A stretch of 64,000 nt of DNA, from the NCBI GenBank assembly GCA_036172245.1, contig JAYWIR010000029.1, positions 1,488,001 to 1,552,000 on the forward strand, given 5' to 3'. This document shows positions 11,538 to 22,246 of the stretch, in pieces. The stretch comes from Raillietiella orientalis (lineage: Eukaryota). Within the stretch, counting starts at the first letter, position 1. Each line of letters opens with the position of its first letter. The notes beneath the pieces were generated by a model that worked only from the letters and a program-made list of their open reading frames with translations, was not told the DNA's origin and made no database searches. The translations under genes were made by a program, and so were the position numbers.

Positions 11538-14500
11538 TCAATACAGATAGACATCAATCACACGTCCTTCAATGCGGCTACCATCCATCAAGTCTTTGAA
11601 AAGAGTTTAGGAAGCAACTAAATGCAACAAGCTTGTAATTAGCATTAAAGGATACTGACTGCACGCTGTGAATCCTTAAATGAACCAAATCTAATTATTC
11701 CAGTTCCTTTTTCACGAATATCTGCAAATTTAATGTCACCTACTTCTCGAAACTTGTCACGAAGATTTTGCCACGTAAAGCTGGAAGGCAACTGAACAAA
11801 ACAAATTTAACATGCACTTGTTGTTACTTACATTTCGTACGATAACGGTATCTGAAGGGGCAGGTTGAGTACCATAATTGTTCCCAGAAAAATTATCCAA
11901 ATTATTAGCAATGGGTCGTCGAGTATAATCACCAACAGGGATATCACCTGAGGCCATACGTCCTCCAAGAGGAGAATTTAAAAGTGCGGACCCAGGATTG
12001 TCCATTCGAGTGAGTCCAGGTCCCTGATTCATATTTGGTGCAACTGAACCCAGTGCACCACTAATACGATGCATATCTGCTGCAGCCATGCTAGCAGCCA
12101 AGTTGCCCATACTGCCTAATCCTACACTGGCACCAAATCCTGGAGTCATTCCCATAGGATTTCCACCCATTCCTCCTATTGCATTAAGACTGCTAGCACC
12201 CATGTTGTTCATTGTCATGCCTCCCATAGGATTGGCTGGCATTCCTCCAGCAGGAAGTCCTGCATTAGGTGCAGCTCCCATAATGCCAGCCAAACTACCT
12301 ACTGGAACATCACTATGAAAGAGAAAGTGTTCACTCACCATTGCTACCACCACTCATCATCGGAATATGACCTATAGATTATAACTTGAAATCAATATGC
12401 ACTTTAACGCATCTCTTACTTGATATGTTGCTAAGTGGAGAACCACCTGCACCTAAACCCATTCCAATTCCTTTTAAGCCTACAGGTAACTTGGGATGGC
12501 CACCTTGATCCCTTTCAGATACTCGATCCATTCGTACAGACATCTTCCGGTCAAATAACATTTGGTTGTGAAACATGGCTAAGCTGTAGTCAAGGATAAA
12601 GAATGAAGAATCCATATAATGTAACATTTGTAATAAATGTTTCCCAGAAAAGCATCCTGAGTACGTCAAGAACACTCAAAAAAGGATACAAATAGCCTGA
12701 ACTGCCTCTACAGGATGTTCATATTCTACAGTACCATGGCCCCGACTGTTTCCATCTTTATCTCGATTCAATTCAGCATTTACAATTCTTCCAGCCATTC
12801 TGAAAACTTCCTTTAACTTACGGTCATCTACTTTGTAATCTAACTGCAAACCAGAAAATCAATAATTTCCACTCTATTCAACTTACATTTGCAACAAAAA
12901 CTTTGTTGACAAGTGGCCCATCAATTCCCAAACTCTCCAGAAAAGCAACACTTAAACCAAATGTGTTGCCAAATTTTCCTGTATCATTAGGCGGTACACC
13001 ACGAATGTCCATATCACCATGCAGACTGTCTCGATCACCTCTCCTTCCTCCAGTCTTCACCACACGACCGTATTTATCACGTTCTACATCAAAATCCTGT
13101 CAAAGTGGTATTGAATATCCTGTTGCAGAGTTTACACGCACCACCTCTTTGACCACTAACTGTCGACCCTTTAATTCATATCGATTCATTTTTTCAAGAG
13201 CCTTTTTGACAGAATCTGGTTTTTCAAATTCTATGATGCCACAGCCTCTTGGTTTATCATTCTCATCATGGAATAATTCCACAAATGCAACGTCTCCCAC
13301 TATACTTATTATATTTCCAAATTCTCAACGAAAAATATTTACCTTCTTTCCGGAAAAGATCTTTCAATTCCTGCCACTTGTACTCATATGGAATGTTAGA
13401 CACGTAGACCCTACAATCTGCAGGAGCTCGTCGTAAACTACGATCCCTAATTTGTCCATTTCTATTTCTCAGTATAACAAAAACAACATTACAAACCTTT
13501 CACTGCTTCGGTCCCTCTGACGACCTCGATCATGTCTTTCTCTAGCACGGCGTTCACGTTCTCTTTCTCTACTGCGATCTCTACTTCGTTCCCTGGTCAA
13601 AATTGGGTCCTGAGAAAAATCAGGGCCTTTTCCATCTTCCCCTATTGGTGACCTAAATGTAAGAGACAAATTTCATTACATTGAAGTAAAGAAAAACATA
13701 GCCATAACTGCAGCAAACCTAATGCACTTCACAGGCCAAGGAACACAATGAAAAAGAAAGTTTCAAAAAAAATGAGCTGAAAAATGCAAAATATCATCAA
13801 CATGTTCAATTCTATGGAGATGGATCAAAATAATCATTAAGAATCTACGCCTTCATATTCTAATAATCTGAATCCAGGCAAAAGCCTAGAACTGGTACAG
13901 AACCACTGAAACATGTTCAAGAACCACGACTTTAGCTTCTGGTTCAGAAAATCATGTAAAATAAAACTTCACAAAATGAGAAGATGTACAAATTCCAAGC
14001 ATGAATCCAAGAAAACTAATTGCACATAAGCATATAGAAAAAGCAAGATTCAGTATACAATAATCCACTATTATTGAACAAACTCAATTTCTCACTAAAT
14101 GATTGTAATTACAACATATTGAAAAACTCAACATGAATGAATACTCGACAAAATTTTTATAATCACTATCACAAACTTATTCCCTCTCCCCTGTATATGA
14201 ATATACAGTACTTCAAACAACCCCAAACAGCCAGTCATTTCAAGCTTTAGCAATACCCTAAAGCAAACATTATTTGATACATCATGCCATGGCATAAGAT
14301 GAAAACAATCAAAAATGTAACCATCATAAGAGATGTCTGTAAATTCCCTTTAAAAACAAAATCGGAAAAAAAATAAAATGGATTATAATACTTTGGTGGA
14401 TCAAAACTTTATTAGTATGCATCTTATATACTTACCTCACTAACTTTGTAACTCATGATCATACACATGCACTAATATTGCATAGCAAGCTTACCTAAGC

Positions 14501-14917
14501 ATTTTTTGGTGAGTAGGTGCAAAATTTTTGTAAACTTCGAATTGTACTTAAAAAAAATATATTCATAGTCTTTCCACTCTGGCAATTAGTTTACAAGCGT
14601 CTGTACTTGAAAAAAAAATTGGAATAAAACATGACAATAGAGGCTACATCCAGAATGACGATAAAATATGCAATGCTAGTAAAGTTTGCATGACAAATCA
14701 CTTCTGATATGCCATGAAATCTTGCCGAAAGCACATCTTCAAAATATTTCAATAACCCATGAATCAACACACATCGAGTTTGTTCAACAATAAAACGATA
14801 CACAAAGAATTCAATATAACTTCCATTACCTAAACAAAAATACCCATACCTGCAAACATTTTCCAGTTTGATTTCAAAGCCACCACTCTGATCTTGTGTA
14901 GCTTCAGTTTCGTTCAT
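11538..14917 (-). CDS. MYEF2: hnRNP M / myelin expression factor 2 family three-RRM RNA-binding protein (Drosophila rumpelstiltskin-like), about 565 aa, 11 coding exons
   Basis: Hand-spliced complement join: 14850-14917, 13497-13652, 13343-13446, 13145-13299, 12887-13096, 12690-12843, 12420-12578, 12339-12371, 11832-12298, 11656-11791, 11538-11593. Total 1698 nt, all introns GT-AG, phases consistent. RRM1 reads RVYVSNIPYEYKWQELKDLFRKEVGDVAFVELFHDENDKPRGCGIIEF. RRM2 reads KVFVANLDYKVDDRKLKEVFRMAG...GHGTVEYEHPVEAVQAISMFHNQMLFDRKMSVRMD, followed by the family motif KLPVGLKGIGMGLG and a Gly/Met-rich linker. RRM3 reads VIVRNLPSSFTWQNLRDKF...RAVNLMDGSRIEGRVIDV. Family assignment is from recalled hnRNP M/MYEF2 motifs. 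Confidence 0.93.
11594..11655 (-). other. U12-type GT-AG intron, 62 nt, in RRM3 of the MYEF2-like gene
   Basis: 5' splice site GTATCCTTT. Branch-like TTCCTAAAC at 11605-11613 lies about 12 nt before the AG. Splicing restores RAV-N-LMDG. Confidence 0.88.
12579..12689 (-). other. U12-type (minor spliceosome) GT-AG intron, 111 nt, in RRM2 of the MYEF2-like gene
   Basis: 5' splice site GTATCCTTT matches the U12 consensus. Branch motif TCCTTGAC at 12589-12596 puts the branch A about 11 nt from the AG, with no pyrimidine tract. Splicing restores QAI-S-MFHNQ. Confidence 0.92.
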
Positions 14918-15257
14918 TTTGAATTCCTAATGAAATGAAAATAAGAATGCCGTGAATCTTGACAATCAATGGCGGGTAAAAATTAGCAAACTTCCTGCAG
15001 ACACCTGTTTTGAATCCAGTATAAGAATAAAACAGCCAAAGAATTTTAGACTTTTCCTAATACCGATGCAACTTCAGAAATAACCTTTCAAAATGTCAAT
15101 TAAGAAGTACTTTAATAAACACTGACTTTTAATGGAACAACTATTTAGCGGCAATATAAAGAAATGCTCCTCTCAAATTTTAAAGACCGAACAAATATTA
15201 CCTTCATGAGAAGAATAATTTCTTGAAATCTGAAATAAAAGTAGGTAAACAACTTAC

Positions 15258-15340
15258 CTTATGAATTATATTCTTTAAGTAAAAAGTACGCAAGACACCG
15301 CATAAATGGCGAAGCGTCCAGTTGAGGAAACGGAAGTAAC
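15258..15340 (-). promoter_or_regulatory. Probable non-coding first exon and core promoter of the MYEF2-like gene
   Basis: Consensus donor AAG|GTAAGT with the intron starting at 15257. A local CpG-containing patch carries an ETS-like CGGAAGT (15331-15337, + strand) and a YY1-like AAATGGCG (15304-15311, + strand) in otherwise CpG-poor DNA. Confidence 0.5.
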
Positions 15341-18300
15341 TATTTCGAGTATTCGGAATTATGATTGAGCACTGTTTTCTTCAATCAAATACTAAGAAAT
15401 CAACATTTTTTTTTCCTCCATATTAATTATACTCATGAAATCACACCCTTAAAATCAATTGCTGAAACATATTGCTATTATAAAAAAATTGCAATTCATT
15501 ACTGAATATTAGTTTCATCAACCTTTCAGAATGTACATGGTAAATTTTAAGATACTGAGAATCAACGAATACCCAGTTGAGAAAACGTACTGATGATTTC
15601 ATACGGGGTGTGCTGCAAGTCCATAAACATAAACAGAAAACAAGGCATTTTTTGAATAAAATGAGCGCATTCTTTCTTAGATTTTATGAAAAGATAACAT
15701 TTTGCTTAAATAAACAAAAAAAATTGAAAAATAGCAACAAACATGAGAATATTTCTGCCGAGTGGTTATAGACTAGAAACTCTACTGGAATCAGATATCG
15801 AAATCCACATAATTTTGTGTGCTCGATTTACAAGAAATGAAATGCAACCAGTAGATAACATTGTTTTGTAACTACCCATAAGTTGGCAAAAATATCTCAT
15901 CAAGACGAGTGGTGGTAATGTCCTCTTTCATGAGTCAGAATAGAATTGTATCCAAATACTACTCCAGCTGACATATTTCCATCTCATTAAGGATATTAGC
16001 ATTGTTACTCGAAGAAATCGTTTGTCTATTCATTACAATATAGCATTATGTTTGTGACTTCTCAAATTCAAATCTAAGAGATCACTGATTATTGCAAGTA
16101 CTGCATATCGGAGAAATCAGGAAAGCTGTTACATGCCATGGAATACTTAATTTTGTTCCTTGTTCTTTTTTTAGATGTTATTCCAAATCCAAGTTCGGAT
16201 CACTTATTTTGGTTATTTGTTAATCATATGCAGGCATATGCGTTCCACATTCCAGAACAGAAAGGAAGACATTGCATTCCAATTAAAACAAGATCTCATT
16301 TGAAACTTTGTTTCTATGAGAACTAGAATAATTTTAGAAAGTATCTCAGATTTTTTCAGTGCGATTTTTTCACCTTCTCAACGTTTTCAGCTCTTAAGCT
16401 GGACATTTACTACTGAATATACGTTGCATCTCAACTGTAGAGTCATTAAGGTTCTTAATATTTAAGACTTCTTGTTTTACACAATAGACCCATTTTTGTA
16501 TTCCAGTGATATATCTCCAACGACTTCTGCTTCTGTATCAATGACAAAATGTGTCAACAAGTCACAGACGATGATTATTTATCTCTTATCCCAAACCCCA
16601 TCAGAAATTCCGCGACAATTTCAAACATAAACGTTGAAACAAACTGATGGGAACATTGAGAACCATTTGCGAAACTTATCTCCAATTAAGTCTAGCTTAT
16701 ATTTCTAGTTTAATTTAGCACGAGGTACCGCTGCAAAAACGAATCGAATAATAGTAATACTGTTGGCAGGAACCCAAAGTGGTAGAACAGCTATTTGACT
16801 AATAGTTACTACTGCATCGTCGTGGAATTTTCATAAACTTAAGAACCTATGCCTGTAACCATAACAGACATTTTGCCACCATTAAACATACTTGTCCATG
16901 TATTCTCATGTATAGTGGAATAAGTTTTATTTCGTAGCAATCATATAAAAATCAAAAAGTGACATCTTAGGAAATGTCATGGGCTACTTGAAGACACTCC
17001 CATATCTTCCTTCGGAAACTGAATCTCAGATATCCACTTTTACTTCAGATCTTAAAAAAGAAAGTTCTTTGATTTTGTGATTTACTTAATCTCAAGAGTA
17101 AATCTTATTTTTCAACGGGATAATCATGATTAGTCTTTAATCTTTTCTGACATAAAATCGAATCACCAACAATGCAGCCTTTGACAAGTATTTTAGTACA
17201 TTATTTCATAATTTGATCTATCTATATTCTATCAGACTCCCTTTTGATCATATACTCTAAATTTTAGTATTTCTTTGGATAACTAGGCTTTTTTTCGGCG
17301 TAAAGCGTTTTTTCTGTAACGAATTATATACTCTCTTCAGTTTATAACATATCACCAACTTCAAAGCTTCACTTGGAAGTTTATAGGAAGCATATTCTTT
17401 AATGGAAAATATTTATAATTGAGTACGAGCTGCAATAACACCCTAAATTTCATAGGCATCTGATTCAGTAATGAGTATAATTATTTTAGAAACGAGAAAT
17501 TTGTTTTATAGGACATGAAAACCATGTAGAAATCCTAAAGATGTGAAATCATGCACAATAAAGAAATATAATAAATCTGAAAAGAGTTGAGCACAATCTA
17601 ATTCATAGCAAGGACTTTCCTATTGAACATGAGGTTTATTTATTTTTGTGTTATAGACGGTTAACTTTCAGATAAAAGTTTTGACCCATTCTGAAATTTG
17701 AGCAATGCAGACTTTTGTGAAATTATTCAAACTAAGATTGCTACATTTTGATTTTAACATGCTCTGATTATTCTTTCCTCCAGGCCTTGGTTTTGAAGAA
17801 AGAACGCTTTTATAATAAACACAATCATATAAAATGATTTTAGTTTGTATTCCACTATTTGTTTCATCATTTTTTTTATTTCATTCTTTTAAGGATATTG
17901 CCGGAAATATATGGTTTGCAATATACTGTTAGAATTTTGATTCTGTATTGCTATCTGTAAAAAGGTTCCAAACAAACATATTTTTATTCCACATGTTAAA
18001 AAAAGATGTGTTAACATTTTGCAAAAATGAGCTATTCATTTGATAGGTATCGGACCTATTTCAGTTCAAAAGTTATTTGTGTTCGTGCATTCGACACAAC
18101 CACAGTCCGTATTTAAGAGTGAAGGATAGGAACATAAATGACATTTGGGTAATATTCTGTTTTACGTATTTTTACACTGGTCAAAATCTTTGGAGCTTCC
18201 AAACTCAAAATGTTGGCAGCTGTGATCACTATGAGTACTTGACAAACAAAACCTACCAGTTGACTATTTTCTCAATATGATCGTCAAATCATATTGATTT

Positions 18301-19751
18301 AATAGTCGTTTATTAGTAGTTCTTTTTTAAAAAAATAAATAAATAAAATAAACCGATTGTATTGGGGTAAAATGTTTCAAAAATTTGGAAAAAGGAGTCA
18401 AATTTTCCCAAACTTCAATAATTTAATTTCAATAGAATTAACTTTAATTGTTTCAGAACATGAATGTAATTTTCAAATAAAAAACTCAAGCTTTTGGTTA
18501 CTGTTTATTGGATACTAGGAAAAAGTTGAGGTCATTTCTTGAATAAAGAGAAATCCGATCTTTGTTGAATGAGGTAGTCACAAAGTAATAGAATAGAATC
18601 GCACACATCTTGATCTTTTAGATAATTGATTGTATTCAGAATCTAAAAGCCTTTTGTTTTTGTTGATAAATAACCCATATAAAAAGAGGCATTCTATTTT
18701 TTGTAGTCACACCACGAACACAAAGTGGCTAAAATACTCAGGATTGTCAGATTGTCAAAAATGAGCGAATAATGACAGTAAATTAAGTATATTTAACAAT
18801 CAGTACATGCTCGCACACACTATGCTTGTCTAAATGTCCAAAAGAATCTCTCAATAAATGTCTATGCTCCAAATATGATGCGTAAACTAGTTTCAGCGAA
18901 ACAGGATTACACCATAGTTTGTCTTTTCGCCTCTGTTCTGAATCATCAGCAACTGGTTTTAATCTTGGAGTCTCGGGATTGATATGCGAATCAGTTTTGT
19001 GGAGATAAATGGGGAGTAAAAGGAATACTTCCCTCATTAAAATATGAATAAAAAAGAATAAATTTGAATGCAAAGTTTAATGCTTTTATCTCACAATGCA
19101 TGATGTCTTGCTCTCTCATCATAGAGATGAATCATCGACCAGTGGATTTGATTATTGTCATCTTTTTTGAAATCAGATGTTTAAAAGAACTGCCTAATGA
19201 AGTTTTCCACAGTTTATTTTGTTGGCCACCTGTCCTATACCTGACAACTAGGATCTCTCTGAACTTTTAAAAACGGCACTGTGAAAACCATTTTAGTGAT
19301 AATCAGAAAATATGCTATGAAAAGTCGTTCTTGCAACTGACCAGGACAGTGCATTCGAAATGCATTTACATACCTAATAATTGTTAGAGAAATGCATATC
19401 GAGGAAAAAGCTGTTATAACCATACAGCCATGCGCATATTTGTATCAAAGCACTTGGTTGCTAAGTCATCTTCATGTAATGTTTTCACATTTTTGAGACA
19501 GCTTTTGAGTGATGTTTGTAATTACATATAGCTTCTGCTTCAATATAGAAAAAAACCAAGCCCATAAGCAATCATGCGTTTTCAGGTAAAACAAATGTTC
19601 TTTAATATTTTTTCCTTTTTTAGCTTTTTAGCATTTGTGTTTATCAGTGCGTCTAAATATATAAAACAACAAAAAAGAATAGTCATCAGTTAACTTTGAA
19701 AGTTGTAAATTTCATTGGAGCTCTCCAGCAAAATTATTATATAAAGGGACG

Positions 19752-19809
19752 TAATTAAATTCAAATTGTCCCTATGGAATAGAATTTAGGGACAACTTGA
19801 ATTTAATTA
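19752..19809. repeat. 23-bp inverted repeat (1 mismatch) with a 12-nt spacer
   Basis: TAATTAAATTCAAATTGTCCCTA (19752-19774) and TAGGGACAACTTGAATTTAATTA (19787-19809). Confidence 0.93.
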
Positions 19810-22246
19810 TGAACATATGTTCCAAGTAAAACATATAAGGAATTGTACTGTAATCCTCAATCGAAGTTCGAATTGGGAAGAAACTCCTTGAATTTAAAAT
19901 AGTCCTCATTTAAAATCTAGAAAGCTAAAAATACAGAAGAAATAGAATTCTATTTCATACTTTCTTGAAGGAAACACCTACTTTTCGTATGATTGAAGCA
20001 GCTTCCCCAATGATAGAATTCATGAGACATTTCTGAACACCTTGTTGTATTTTGTATGAAATTCAAGCAACTTTGAAATCTTGGAAACCCTTCTCCACTA
20101 ATCATAAACTCTCCTTCTGTAATCTCCAAAATACAACAGAAATTCAAGTCCTTAAATCTAAAGGAGAACGTGGGTTTTTATGTCCCCCTCCCCCCCAAAA
20201 AAAAGCAAAATAATTTTCTTTAGAGTACAATAAAAACAAATCAATGTAGGGTCTATGTTTTTTTTTACTTGGTGGCATTTCAGGTGTATTCAACTACGCA
20301 GTGATTATTTTTCTCACTTCAGAGGATTTGTAAATCGAAAGATCACGCAGTTGAAAGCAAATTATTGAGACGAGTCTCAAGTTCTTTATAATTCAGAATA
20401 TTTCATAGTACACCGCAATCACAACTGAATTCTCACTACATGACTTGAGAATAGGGTCTTTTGCACAAGTATTTCATTAATAGCATGATGTACGATCTCA
20501 AGAAAGGATCATTCTTAGCATCACATATGTGATTTCAACAAAGGACGAACACCTCTAAATCTTATAGTCCCAGTGCTTCTTTGAGTGAGTTCATTGGGTG
20601 ATCTCGAAGCTGGGGTTGTCTACAGCGTGCTCTCAGAAACTCGACTCACAGCTCAAGTGAAGCTTCTGTTCGAAAAACACCCAGTGGTAATAGGGGGACC
20701 TGGTGAACTTCTTATTGGAAAGCAGCACCGTAATGCCGTTCGATGATTGTAAGAGTGTGACATAAGTTTTGTGCTATACCTACGAAAAGTTCAAGAATCA
20801 AAATTATCATATTTCGTTGCGATTTTTTCTTCCTCTTCTCTATCTGTCCAATACTTAAACGGAGATAGAAAACAATTTATTACAATAAAGATATAATGAT
20901 GAGTATGCATTAATCAAAAAAGCTACAAATAATAGATCGTTATCGTGTCGATATACTGCATGTTATGCGATAAGTCAGTAGATTTGAAGAACTAAGAGAA
21001 TGTTTCCCCAAATCTCTGCACTAATGTTAATGAAAGTACTTCTGATTTATCCTTTTTGAAATCTCGTCCATGATGTCTTGGATTTTATCAAAATCTAGCT
21101 AAGAAGTTTATGAACAATTTATACAAACTTGCCGAATATCTGTAGGGTAGGTGCGTCCCGATTTTTGGGAAATGCTGACCTAAGATATATTGTTAAAGCT
21201 TGATTATGAAGTCCTTTTCACTATATACAGATGCACGTGCTCTTTGAAATAGGGATTTAGAAAAGCAGAATGTTAAATGTCTGATATGCGCATAGACTTT
21301 TAAGTAATAAGTCAATACCTTTAATAAGCAAGTCGATCACAGTTTGCTGATTGCTGATTAGCATTTACTTTTGGTCTACACATTGTGTTGCAATAGCTTT
21401 TAATTTCTTCTGATACCCTGTGTCTGAAATTTCTCAAGATTCCAGGGTCTCTTTTTGGTAAAATGGAATAACGGACTACTCATTTAAAAAGTCCGCTCTA
21501 TTCCGTTCGGTATTTCGGAACGATCGAATTTCATATTCCTATCAATTTATAGGAAAACTTTTTTGGAAATACTTTCTAAGAATGGGTATATCAAAAAAAT
21601 AAAAAAAGTTTATATGAAACGTGGAAGCTCTGAGTCATGCACTTACATTGGTTGTGATTTCCTAGACTTTGGAAAGTCTTGAGTTGCGCGTCAATACATT
21701 GAAGAATTATATCAATTAAAGAGGAGTATTTGGAAAAGCTTATCTTTATCGTGAAATGTAACAATATGTCCCAAATGAAATCTGAAATTTATGATCACAT
21801 TATTTTAAACGCAACAATTCTCCATCACTAATGGCTGTTGAGTTTTGTGTTGTGTATATATTCATAAAAACAAGGCTGAATACAGTCTTGAACAGTAGTA
21901 GTGAATGCGAAGGTAGTGATGTGAAAAAAAAAAGGCATTTCAGTAATTGCAAAAATTTCGGATTGCGTGTTTATAAGACGGGTTGGCGAAAGCTTGTTTA
22001 ATGCTTGAAGGTCGTGTTGGACATGTCTAGTTTCCAATGTATTATTGTCACTACTGTATAAATGCATCACTTTGCCAAATCCAAAGCGATCGTCGTTTAC
22101 AGATGTGGTGCTTGCATGTTTTACTTATACCTTTCTGAAGAACATAAGTTCCAATATGATAAATTAGTAGATCATGTATTGCTGTTAATTGTAATTGATT
22201 ATGAATATTCTGAAGTTATACTCTTAGATGTTTCAGTGCTGTGAGA

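Noticed and set aside
15202..15229. Apparent mini-exon in the 5' UTR of the MYEF2-like gene
   Set aside because: It would require a 28-nt upstream intron, below the ~40-nt floor seen elsewhere in this window.
15900..17250. Possible decayed minus-strand LINE (IVGDSI esterase-like motif near 17160, endonuclease-like scraps near 15960-16110)
   Set aside because: Only very short motif resemblances amid stop codons; not supportable without a profile search.
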